Below are positions 41,269 through 53,519 of a DNA stretch of 64,000 nucleotides, in pieces (positions within the stretch are counted from its first letter, which is position 1; every line of letters begins with the position of its first letter). Origin of the DNA: Octopus bimaculoides (taxonomy: Eukaryota). The notes beneath the pieces were generated by a model. That model saw only the letters and a program-made list of their open reading frames with translations, searched no databases and had not been told where the DNA came from. The position numbers were made by a program, and so were the translations under genes. The DNA is taken from positions 93,644,090 to 93,708,089 of the forward strand of contig NC_068988.1 of NCBI RefSeq assembly GCF_001194135.2, given 5' to 3'.

Positions 41269-41520
41269 GTAAGGACAACTGTTTTTACAGGAAACATTCG
41301 TTTCCAAGTTGAAGGCATTTAAATGTATAAAGAACACACAATAGAATCTTTTATTTTTTTTAGGATTGTGTGGTAAGAAGTCTGTTTCTCAATTACATAG
41401 TTTCGTGTTCAATTCTACTATGTGGCATCTTGGGCAAGTGTCTTCTATTATATAGCCAAAGCTTTGTGAGTAGATTTAATAGACGGAAAATGAAAGCAGC
41501 TTGTTATGCATGTATGTATG

Positions 41521-41552
<32 letters not shown>

Positions 41553-41567
41553 TGTATGTATGTATGT

Positions 41568-41649
41568 CATTGTTCAGTTTTATTCCAATGTTTGCCAATA
41601 GAGAAAGAACCGGTTTCTAACCTAGATCCAAGGCTCCTTCATTGGAATT
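41568..41649 (-). mobile_element. Short module H embedded in a (TATG)n tract (second copy about 27815-27916, +)
   Basis: Reverse complement matches 27840-27912 (aattccaatgaa.gagccttg.atc..ggttagaaaccgg..ctttctctattggcaa...ataaaactgaac). Confidence 0.7.
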
Positions 41650-42497
41650 ATGTATGTATGTATGTATGTATGTGTGGTGTGTATGTGTGTCCTCATGTTT
41701 GTGTCTGTTCCCCACCCCCATCGCTTGACAAACAATGTTGCCTTATTTATGCTCACCTAACTTAGCAGTTTCGCAACAGAGAGCAATAGAATGAATACCA
41801 CACTTAAACAAAAATACTTGGGTCAATTTGCTCCACTAAAATCCATTGAAGTCGGTGCCCCAGCATGGCCGCAGTCCAATGACTGAAACAAGTAAAAGAT
41901 GCACGGTAATCGGATTATGGCTTTCCCATCAAATTATGTAATCCATGGATCCGGAGTAAATCAAGACAAAATCGCAGGAATATGAGACATTGGCAAATAT
42001 TTATTGTTTACTTGCTTTAGTCATTGGACTGCGGCCACGCTGGGGCACCGCCTTCAAAAATTGTTTGTCGAACAAATCGACCTTAGTACTTATTATAGTT
42101 TGAGTTTGGTACTAATTCTTTCGTTTTTTGTGGTTTTTTTTTTCATCGAACTGCTGAAGTGGTGGGACGTAAACAAACCAACATAGGGTGCCAAGCGTGG
42201 TGGGACAAGCAAGCACAATGACACAGATTTTATATATATATATATATATNNNNNNNNNNNNNNNNNNNNNNNNNNNNNNNNNNNNNNNNNNNNNNNNNNN
42301 NNNNNNNNNNNNNNNNNNNNNNNNNNNNNNNNNNNNNNNNNNNNNNNNNNNNNNNNNNNNNNNNNNNNNNNNNNNNNNNNNNNNNNNNNNNNNNNNNNNN
42401 NNNNNNNNNNNNNNNNNNNNNNNNNNNNNNNNNNNNNNNNNNNNNNNNNNNNNNNNNNNNNNNNNNNNNNNNNNNNNNNNATATATATGTATGTATG

Positions 42498-42532
<35 letters not shown>

Positions 42533-42845
42533 GTATATATAGTGTGTATATATATCTGCATATATATGTGTATGGGTATATGTATATATGTGTATAAATA
42601 TATATGTCTGTGTGTGTGTATGTATGTATCCACGCATATATACATATATACATTTTTACACACATATATATATATGTGTGTGTGTGTGTGTATGCGTGTA
42701 TGGGTGTGGGTGGGTATTAAAGTCATATGAATTTAGGAACTTCGAGAGGCATAAAATAATTCATTTTTGACGGTGGAACTCGAAGTGGATAAAGCTATAA
42801 ATATTGGGTTAAAAAACCCTACGCCCTCTCTCTCTCCTCTTTCTC

Positions 42846-42899
<54 letters not shown>

Positions 42900-42909
42900 N
42901 NNNNNNNNN

Positions 42910-42960
<51 letters not shown>

Positions 42961-44755
42961 TACACACACAATTGTCGCGAAAAAATATTTATCAATAAGA
43001 ACAGATTCTTTGACAATAACACTAGTAAATAAAACTTGGAAGAAATCAAGATATTGTTTGCGTAGTCATACAAAAATCCATTTGGGTTAATTGTTTCTTT
43101 CGTCTAATTTTAAAACGAAGGATAATAACGAAGGGAAATACTGGATACTAATGNNNNNNNNNNNNNNNNNNNNNNNNNNNNNNNNNNNNNNNNNNNNNNN
43201 NNNNNNNNNNNNNNNNNNNNNNNNNNNNNNNNNNNNNNNNNNNNNNNNNNNNNNNNNNNNNNNNNNNNNNNNNNNNNNNNNNNNNNNNNNNNNNNNNNNN
43301 NNNNNNNNNNNNNNNNNNNNNNNNNNNNNNNNNNNNNNNNNNNNNNNNNNNNNNNNNNNNNNNNNNNNNNNNNNNNNNNNNNNNNNNNNNNNNNNNNNNN
43401 NNNNNNNNNNNNNNNNNNNNNNNNNNNNNNNNNNNNNNNNNNNNNNNNNNNNNNNNNNNNNNNNNNNNNNNNNNNNNNNNNNNNNNNNNNNNNNNNNNNN
43501 NNNNNNNNNNNNNNNNNNNNCGTCTAATTTTAAAACGAAGGATAATAACGAAGGGAAATACTGGATACTAATGAAGAAGCGCCATATTTTTTCTGAGCTA
43601 ATAGTCAAAGCAAGTCTCTACTTGGTCGCAGTCGAACCTTTCTCAAATAAACCCTGCTGTAGGGCTTATACAAGGGGTCGGCTTCAGCCGGTACATTGAA
43701 TCGATGTCCGGAGAGGGGTTCTTGAATATCTGGTGGGCCCCTTCCTCAAAGAAAAACAAAAAAATAAATCCTTTGAATTTTGAAAAGAAGCCCCCAACCT
43801 CCATCTCGACCCTGATATTAACCCTAACACCAGCTGAAAGAAGTGTTGCTCCTCATTGTAATTTTCCTATCGGAGGCCCTGTCCTACTATTATATGAAAG
43901 AGATAGACGTATTACACAATACAGTCATAGACAGAAGTACACAGAAACAGAACGGGTGGTCAAAGCTGGAACGCTTTTTCTCATAGGTCTGATCAACCAG
44001 GGTTGCTTACTTGGGGCTAAACCGTGACATCAACAACTACTACTACTAATACCACTACTACTATTGCTGCTGCTACTGCTACTACTACTACTACTACTAC
44101 TACTACTATAACAACTGTGATTCGCTGCATTTAGTTTTGGTAAATTGTGTACGACAGTTTCGCTACTTTAACATGTGATGTGTTATGAACACAAGCAGTG
44201 CCGCTGTTGTGACAGTGTGACGTCATTCCATTAAGTAGTCTTGAGTATATCAGATTTGAAATTAAGATTAGATGGTCACGACTGGAAAGTCACCAATGAT
44301 CATAGTTCGGCTTGTTCAGGACCAACGTAAGCTGAGCCTGGGCAAGTGCCTTCTATTATGGCCCCGGGTAGAGACCGATGCCTTGTGGGTTAATTTGGTA
44401 GACGGAAATTGTTAGGAAGCCCACCGTATGTATGTATGTATGTATGTATGTATGTATGTATGTATGCATGTATGTATGTATGTATGTATGTATGTATTTA
44501 TGTATGTATGCATGTATGTATGTGAGTGTGTGTATACACATGTATACGTGTGTGTGTGTGTGTATGTTTATGTATGTATGCGTGTGTGTGTGTATGTGTG
44601 TGTGTGTGTCTTTGTGTTTGTGTTTACTCCCACCACCGCTTCACAACCGTTATTGGTTTCTTTACACTCCCGTAACTTGGCGGTTCAGCAAAAGAAATTA
44701 ATAAAATAAGTACCAGACTTAAAATTAACACTAAGGTCAATTTGTTCGATTAAAC

Positions 44756-45263
44756 CAGGAATTTCCAACCGTTTTTTTTTTCTTCAGTTATGGACCCCTT
44801 TGATTTCTATTTCCCTCTGGTTGACCCCCGTAGACATTCAATGTTTAAAAACTAGTTTTATAGAAATTTCTTTCAAAATCCCTATTTTGTTTTCCACACA
44901 TTAACTTGTATAGGTTGAAACTATGTAAAATGTTAGAGAAAGAAGCTACACTGGCCCTGGAACGAAATTTGTTTAGTGGGGTGTAAACCCTACAGATCAC
45001 TTTTTATTCAATGTTTTCTAAACTTGAGAAAAGTAAGTAGGGGAGTAAATTTTGATGTTGCATCTCACAAAAATTTTAGGGAGTGCACTTGCACTTGTTC
45101 CACCCCCTGTTCCCGGGCCCATGCCAATACATACATCTAAAGCAAACTTTTTACAGGGACATTTAAAATACTATTGTAGATTTCCAATTTGCTATTTTGT
45201 GTGGTCCCCAGAAATATTATACAGACGCTACGGGGCCATCTGGGCCCCGGTTGAGAACCACTG
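44756..45263. mobile_element. Charlie-like MITE copy inside a SINE-A, itself carrying a nested MITE (44949-45123)
   Basis: Right TIR GTTGAGAACCACTG, left degenerate CAGGAATTTCCAAC; internal homology to 33435-33844. The nested insert has TIRs CACTGGCCCTGGAAC / CATGGGCCCGGGAAC (12/15). Confidence 0.7.
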
Positions 45264-46196
45264 GTCAAACCTTTCAAGGTAGTGCCTCAATGATAACAGT
45301 CCATTGACTGCAATAAGTTTAAGAAAAAAATAATATTTGATAATTATAATGGAGGCTTTGTAGTTATAAATTCATTAACAACGGCTATCATTTGAACGAA
45401 ATTCTTACATAACTGATATTTTGACCATTTGAGTCTTCTATCTGGTTGATCAACGTACAAGAAACAACAGCCAAATACCCTTCTAATTCTGCAGCCGACT
45501 GGATACATTAAATAGTACAAGTTCTGATACAGTAAAAAGGCAAGATGACCATAGTTGGAATATCTTTCATTATATATATATGTATTTGAGCAGGAGCGAT
45601 CCAGGCCTAATCAAGAACTGTATAATAACGATTTTAATTAAGAAAATATTGGGGACACACACACACACACGCTCTCTCTCCTTTTCCTTCTTTCTTTTTC
45701 TTCCTTTCTTTTTTCTTTCTCTTTCTCTCTCTCTTTCTCCCTTCCCTTCTCCCCCTTTCTCTCTCTATAGAAATTGTTAGATGTCGTGTAGAGATTTTAT
45801 TTATTATGAAAGAGGCGCTAGTTAAAATTTTAGATAGTTATTTAGCGCTTTCATCTCGTATCTATACATGCGAATATGTCACACACACACACATATATAT
45901 ATATGTATATATATGTATATATATATGTATATATATATATGTATATATGTATATATATGTATATATATATGTATATATATATATATATATATGTATATGT
46001 ATATGTATATATATATATANNNNNNNNNNNNNNNNNNNNNNNNNNNNNNNNNNNNNNNGGTTGACTGACTTAGAACTAAACATATTCGATAATCTCAGAA
46101 CAGAATCGGACCAAACTCTCTCTACATAATATGTATTTTCTGTCCAAAATCGCTTTTGAAACACCTTTGACCCAAAAGCGATATGATACCAGGAAT

Positions 46197-46241
<45 letters not shown>

Positions 46242-46373
46242 TATTATTATTTTATTTTGTTTCCATCTCTGTCAACATGACATGTTTGTATGTTGTTTAT
46301 ACTTCACTAAAATGTTTTCGTTATTTGTGTGTGATTATGATGGGGAGGAGGAACGAGGTCGTCGTCGTCATCG

Positions 46374-46429
<56 letters not shown>

Positions 46430-47077
46430 GCCATCGTCGTCGTCATCGTCGTCGTCGTTTTGCCGTCCATTATTTTCCATGCTCGCACGGAAAAAAACGG
46501 ACAGAATTTGTTATGGCAGATTTTATGCGGTCCGATGTTCCTCATCTGTTTTCAAGTAATATCTCTCATGGTTAGGAATGTTTTCATGGACGACTGGAAA
46601 CAAAAAAAAAAAAAAAAAAACACCGCTTATATGACAGTGAAACTCATTTTACGATTATCACATGATGTCAAGACAAGGGGCTTCTAATAGACACACACAC
46701 ACGCACACAACGATCTTCTTTCAGTTTCCATCAATGAAAATCACTCTCATAGCATAAGTCGGCCTGGGGCTGTATTAGAAGACATTTGTCGAAGGTGGCA
46801 CACACTGAGACAAAACCCGGAACCGTGTAGTTGGAAAACAAACCGTGTAGCCATGCCAGCGCCTATGGTTCTTTAAACATTAATAACAATAGCGAGCAAA
46901 AGTTATATGAAATAATAAATAAACGAAGAGCCCTCGGTGTGTCTGTTTAGCTCCAAGTAAAATATAGAAGAAACCGTTTTTGTTTACGTAGGCCTTTGTA
47001 TGTCAACATGCAGAGATATCCCGGATATAGGAAACGACTCGAACAACATCTCATATTGAAGTGGTTTCAAGTGGGTG

Positions 47078-47138
<61 letters not shown>

Positions 47139-47149
47139 TAATAATAATG

Positions 47150-47206
<57 letters not shown>

Positions 47207-47712
47207 TAAATAAATAAACGGGAGGTTTTTTTTCAGAGGATGGTGAGAGAGTGATAGGCAGTGTCAGAATTCCTATGCACTGATGTAGCTGGCGAGCTCC
47301 CCGACCACTTTAATCTATCTTTTATTTTCTTTCCTTTTTTAATTTTTCTTTTGTTGTTGTTTTCTCTTTTTTCTGATGAGAGCTTGTTGGCTAGTTGTGG
47401 AGATCAACTCAATGAGCATTGCTCGCTAATTAACAAATTGGGGTAACTACATTCAAGATGAGGTATTAAATGTTGGGATTTGCTTCTAAATCATGGAAAG
47501 GTTTTTGGTTTAAAATTTTTATTTTGGCAGAAAATCTTTTTCATTCTATCAACAAAGAATTTTTATTTAGTTTAGTCTATATTCTTAATTATTAATTATT
47601 TTAAATTTTTTATCAAAACAGAAAAGGCTTGGATCAACACAATTGTCTTCCCCGTTAAAACTCTAAAACCATCAAATTTATAAACCCTAAAATTCACTCC
47701 ATAATTGCCCAC

Positions 47713-47954
47713 GGGCATATGGCGTAGTGGCTAAGAGCGCAGGCTACTAACCCCAAAATTTTGAGTTCAATTCCAGGCAATGATAATAATAATATTAATA
47801 ATAATAATAATATCGAAATGTACCTTAGGAATAAGAACCCAGGTTCGAAATTTCCTCAAAACACCTAATGAAGGCTGGAGGGTATATCAGCCGAAACGTT
47901 GTCTTAACAACAAACAAGATGAGGACAAATATCCATCAAATGTAAATAATGTAC
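47713..47954 (+). mobile_element. tRNA-headed SINE-like element with minimal hammerhead ribozyme (core mutated in this copy)
   Basis: A box TGGCGTAGTGG (47720-30), B box GAGTTCAATTCC (47763-74), then (TAA)n, then a body shared with 10101-10262. Body includes AACAC-CTAATGA-A-GGCTGG/TCAGCC-GAAAC-GTT-GTCTT and ends in an AATGTAAATAATGTA tail. Confidence 0.7.
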
Positions 47955-49356
47955 CATCAAATATCCAGGTTTTGGATCTGACCCGGATATCAAAAGATTG
48001 CGAACCAATGACCTTAATGTTTTCTTTCTATATCAAACAAACTCTAAATATGGTAGATGCAGGATTAATAGTGCAATTCTTTAATACTTTGACACAGGGT
48101 CTGCAGTTTTAAGGGACGGGGTTTCTTAACTAATACTATATTTTACCAACCTCGAAAGGATGAAGATCAAAGTCGACATCGACGGGATTTGAACTCAGTA
48201 TGTAAAGAGCCGGAACAAATGTTGCTAGGTATTTTTTCCGTCACTCTAATGGTTTTGCCATCATGCCGCCCTCATTTGTAATTAGGGCACACGGCCGGCA
48301 TCGTAAAGAACTTGAAGAAATACAGCTCTTTCTAGCATATTGGATGTCCACCTAGTGGTCATCCCTTATACACGTGTATATATGTATATACGACGTGTCT
48401 ATATGTATATTCTGGGTTCAGTCCCACTGCGTGGCACCTTTGGCAGGTGTCTTCTACTATAGCATCAAGCTGACCAAAGCCTTGTGACTGGATTTGGTAG
48501 ACGGAAACTGAAAGAAGCCCGTCATATATGTATGTGTATGTGTGTGTGTGTTTTTGTGTGTCTGTGTTTGTCACCCCGCCATTGCTTGACAATCAATGTT
48601 GGTGTGTTTACGTACTCGTCGCCTAGCGGGTCGGTTTAAAGAGATCGATAGGATAAGTACTAGGCTTCACAAAGAATAAGTTCTGGGGTCGATTTGCGCG
48701 ACTAAAGGCGGTGCTCCAGCATGGCTGCAGTCAAATGACTGAAACAAGTAAAAGAACATTGCACATAAATAAAAACGAAAATAAAATTAAGATCTTAGAC
48801 AGACACCCAACCACCACCACCGATGCCAGGGGTCATATAAAACTAGATTAAGGGCCACTGCATAAGATAATGGAATCCTAGATGTAAAAAAACCCCCAGG
48901 ACCTAAAAAAATAAAAAGACAGAATGATCATTTGAAGAAATCGTTTAATCGTCATTTTCCTCGGCCAGGATTGATAGGGAGTTAAATAACAACTCGTGAC
49001 AATTAGACCTTTCATTAAACATTGAATAAAATAAATACATTTTAATTCTTTTGTGATCGTATTTATTCCTCGGGGGATAACAATCTCAAAGTTATTTTTT
49101 TTTCTTTTTCTTTTATCTTTATTATTTTGTTTTAGGTGGTGGTGGTAGTGGTGGTGGTGGAGGGGGAACTTACAAGAATTTCGACAGGATTTAAAAAATA
49201 AAATTGATATACATCAAACTGGTCTTTGGAACGTAGCGCCATGTTCTTAAATACAACACACACATACATAGCCAAGGATACATTTAAATACATGCATACA
49301 TACATAATCATACACACACATATATATATATGTGTGTGTGTATGTATATATATATA

Positions 49357-49395
<39 letters not shown>

Positions 49396-49845
49396 TTATA
49401 TATATACATGTTTATTTACATATAATATATACATATATGCATATTAATACACNNNNNNNNNNNNNNNNNNNNNNNNNNNNNNNNNNNNNNNNNNNNNNNN
49501 NNNNNNNNNNNNNNNNNNNNNNNNNNNNNNNNNNNNNNNNNNNNNNNNNNNNNNNNNNNNNNNNNNNNNNNNNNNNNNNNNNNNNNNNNNNNNNNNNNNN
49601 NNNNNNNNNNNNNNNNNNNNNNNNNNNNNNNNNNNNNNNNNNNNNNNNNNNNNNNNNNNNNNNNNNNNNNNNNNNNNNNNNNNNNNNNNNNNNNNNNNNN
49701 NNNNNNNNNNNNNNNNNNNNNNNNNNNNNNNNNNNNNNNNNNNNNNNNNNNNNNNNNNNNNNNNNNNNNNNNNNNNNNNNNNNNNNNNNNNNNNNNNNNN
49801 NNNNNNNNNNNNNNNNNNNNNNNNNNNNNNNNNNNNNNNNNNNNN

Positions 49846-49905
<60 letters not shown>

Positions 49906-49930
49906 AAGGCCCAGGAGTGGCTGTGTGATT

Positions 49931-50340
49931 TAAAGCCTGTTCCCTTCCTTCCATCATCTGATTCGCCTTATAAGGTCGATGATCTTCTCCAGTAGCTTCC
50001 TCGTGTAGACGACATTTGATGGTGTAGGCATATTTTTCGTTGAGTAACCGAGGTCGAATAATTCTGTCCAGACGTAGGCTGGTAGTGGGCCCACAACTCT
50101 TCAATATCCTTCCATAAATGCGTGAGAGACCAGCATGGTGTGGAGGTAGGTGTCATCAAAAAGAAATTTGGATCCCCTCCTGTCAAGGGTTCCAGATGAG
50201 CCTACCTCATGGCAGGTAACACGGATGAGGGCAGCGGCATCAAACTTCCTCATTCACCAAATGCCACATATCAGAGGGGCTTTCAAATAATGGTGTCACA
50301 CAATCAACGGTGGGGTCCCTGCATAAGCGCAGCTTTAAAA
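49931..50340 (-). mobile_element. Penelope-like element ORF 5' fragment (decayed)
   Basis: Minus frame gives LGYSTKNMPTPSNVVYTRKLLEKIIDLIRRIR*WKE (50052-49945). This resembles the YS.KNIP.P...L.EK.E..I.RMRWK N-terminal motif I recall for PLE ORFs. No RT or GIY-YIG domain visible. Confidence 0.5.
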
Positions 50341-50358
50341 CTGAAATAATTTAAAGAT

Positions 50359-50391
<33 letters not shown>

Positions 50392-50721
50392 NNNNNNNNN
50401 NNNNNNNNNNNNNNNNNNNNNNNNNNNNNNNNNNNNNNNNNNNNNNNNNNNNNNNNNNNNNNNNNNNNNNNNNNNNNNNNNNNNNNNNNNNNNNNNNNNN
50501 NNNNNNNNNNNNNNNNNNNNNNNNNNNNNNNNNNNNNNNNNNNNNNNNNNNNNNNNNNNNNNNNNNNNNNNNNNNNNNNNNNNNNNNNNNNNNNNNNNNN
50601 NNNNNNNNNNNNNNNNNNNNNNNNNNNNNNNNNNNNNNNNNNNNNNNNNNNNNNNNNNNNNNNNNNNNNNNNNNNNNNNNNNNNNNNNNNNNNNNNNNNN
50701 NNNNNNNNNNNNNNNNNNNNN

Positions 50722-50772
<51 letters not shown>

Positions 50773-51770
50773 GAGAGAGAGAGAGAGAGAGAGTGCTAAA
50801 TCTATATCAGACACCAAAGTCCTGTCAAAACCGACGAAGGAACCTCTATATGGTCGATGGACTTGCTATAAATAGCGACCAGATGCTAATTAAAGACAAG
50901 GAAACCACATTTACTGATGTGTTTCAGAATATACTTTCTGGAAAAAAAGAAAAAAAAGTGGTTTAATCAAAGCTGGAATGCATTCGATCTTATGTCTACT
51001 CGATCAAGATTAACGTAAGACTAAACAATAGGAGTAAAAATAGTACTCGAGTACCGAAGGTGGAGTAAAAGTAGTATTTTGTTGAAGTAGAAAAAAACAT
51101 CATAAACCATTACAGTTTCACGATTGTCTGATGATCGATTACGTGAAACTCTGAATAACAGTTTGTGAAATATTTTTGGAAGTATAATCGCTGAGTTGAT
51201 TAGGTTCAAAAGCTGGAAAGATAAAACCAAATAGCAAGCATTTAGTTTACCGTCTTACATTTATCGCTCGACGTTACCTTCAGCCACATAACGAGAGATT
51301 TTTATGTCCTTCCTTGATCTCCTACAATTAGCAGCCAAACCTACCTCATATCATACAATAGCAGGACACATTGACTGAAAAAAATGTTTTTAACCGGGAT
51401 GGTTATGGGTGGAATGTCTTTGATTAGTGACCAATGACTTGGAGCTAAATAACAATAATAACAACACCAATACAACGATAGTATCCTCTACGTGATCGCT
51501 CTTCTGCAAGAAATAGAAGCCAAATTACCCAGCAAAGAACACGTCATGTTCTTTTAAAGGAACACGTTTCATAATGTGAGCCTGGGTCCCTTGAACGTAA
51601 AAAAAGACGAGATGGTTCAGGATGGAATGTCTTTGAATTTTAGTCTCCATTCATGAAACCCTAACATTATATATAAATGTGTGTGAAAAATGTGTCTGTG
51701 TGTACGTATGTGTGTGTGTGCGTGTGAGGGCGTGCATGTGGGTGTACATATATATATATATATACATAAA

Positions 51771-51832
<62 letters not shown>

Positions 51833-52799
51833 NNNNNNNNNNNNNNNNNNNNNNNNNNNNNNNNNNNNNNNNNNNNNNNNNNNNNNNNNNNNNNNNNNNN
51901 NNNNNNNNNNNNNNNNNNNNNNNNNNNNNNNNNNNNNNNNNNNNNNNNNNNNNNNNNNNNNNNNNNNNNNNNNNNNNNNNNNNNNNNNNNNNNNNNNNNN
52001 NNNNNNNNNNNNNNNNNNNNNNNNNNNNNNNNNNNNNNNNNNNNNNNNNNNNNNNNNNNNNNNNNNNNNNNNNNNNNNNNNNNNNNNNNNNNNNNNNNNN
52101 NNNNNNNNNNNNNNNNNNNNNNNNNNNNNNNNNNNNNNNNNNNNNNNNNNNNNNNNNNNNNNNNNNNNNNNNNNNNNNNNNNNNNNNNNNNNNNNNNNNN
52201 NNNNNNNNNNNNNNNNNNNNNNNNNNNNNNNNNNNNNNNNNNNNNNNNNNNNNNNNNNNNNNNNNNNNNNNNNNNNNNNNNNNNNNNNNNNNNNNNNNNN
52301 NNNNNNNNNNNNNNNNNNNNNNNNNNNNNNNNNNNNNNNNNNNNNNNNNNNNNNNNNNNNNNNNNNNNNNNNNNNNNNNNNNNNNNNNNNNNNNNNNNNN
52401 NNNNNNNNNNNNNNNNNNNNNNNNNNNNNNNNNNNNNNNNNNNNNNNNNNNNNNNNNNNNNNNNNNNNNNNNNNNNNNNNNNNNNNNNNNNNNNNNNNNN
52501 NNNNNNNNNNNNNNNNNNNNNNNNNNNNNNNNNNNNNNNNNNNNNNNNNNNNNNNNNNNNNNNNNNNNNNNNNNNNNNNNNNNNNNNNNNNNNNNNNNNN
52601 NNNNNNNNNNNNNNNNNNNNNNNNNNNNNNNNNNNNNNNNNNNNNNNNNNNNNNNNNNNNNNNNNNNNNNNNNNNNNNNNNNNNNNNNNNNNNNNNNNNN
52701 NNNNNNNNNNNNNNNNNNNNNNNNNNNNNNNNNNNNNNNNNNNNNNNNNNNNNNNNNNNNNNNNNNNNNNNNNNNNNNNNNNNNNNNNNNNNNNNNNNN

Positions 52800-52834
<35 letters not shown>

Positions 52835-53075
52835 TGTGCATATGTGTCTGTTTATCTTGCCTACATTGGTGCTGGTTTGTTTATGTCCCTATAACATAGC
52901 GGTTGGATGAAAGAGACCGACAGAATAATTGCTAGGCTTAGAAACAAGTTCTGGGGTTGATTTATTCGACTAAGCCCACCAGGGTGGTGCCCCAGCATAG
53001 CCTCAGTTCCATGATCGAAATAAGAGATAAAAGATAGAAGCTCAACTTATTGATGTTATCTTCCTATTAAAAGTA

Positions 53076-53519
53076 CAGGATGTCCATAAATTAACTTTTT
53101 CACTTTGTAAAATTCAGAAAAAAAATGAAATATAAGGATATCTCTGCAAGAAAATTACTATTTTTAAATCTCACAACGAGAGATATTAGGCAAGAGTATT
53201 CTGGAGTAAAAAATGTTTTGCCAACATAACATGGCAGTCCTGGTTTAGGACGAATGTTGCTGTAAATTAGCCTCAAGAGACATCGTCTCCAGCTGGCTAT
53301 ACGACACGTCCTAAACATTCGTCCTAAACCAGGACTGCCATGTTATGTTGGCGAAACAATTTTTACTCTAACTCCGCAAGAGTTTATTAGAGAACAAATT
53401 AAGTTTAATTCGAAACACTAGAATACTTCCACGTGGGTTCCATGGGTTGCATGCAACACATCTAGATGATACATTACAATGAATTGTGGAAATTGTGGAG
53501 ATAATTTATGAAAACCCTG
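53076..53519. mobile_element. Tc1/mariner-type non-autonomous element (444 bp) with internal palindrome
   Basis: TA dinucleotide on both flanks (53074-75, 53520-21). TIRs CAGGATGTCCATAAATTA / CAGGGTTTTCATAAATTA (15/18). No ORF. Confidence 0.75.

Noticed and set aside
41269-41290. Micro-intron (GT at 41269 to tttacAG near 41290)
   Set aside because: About 22 nt is too short for spliceosomal splicing.
46277-46575. Poly-His/poly-Ile ORFs as coding exon
   Set aside because: (CAT)n microsatellite with no flanking splice or domain evidence.
47713-47785. tRNA gene (Thr/Ser-like)
   Set aside because: Stems do not close into a cloverleaf; it is the head of a repeat.
51120-51175. Hammerhead-like CTGATGA...GAAAC
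   Set aside because: Stem II is only 2 bp and stem I does not abut the core; compatible with chance.
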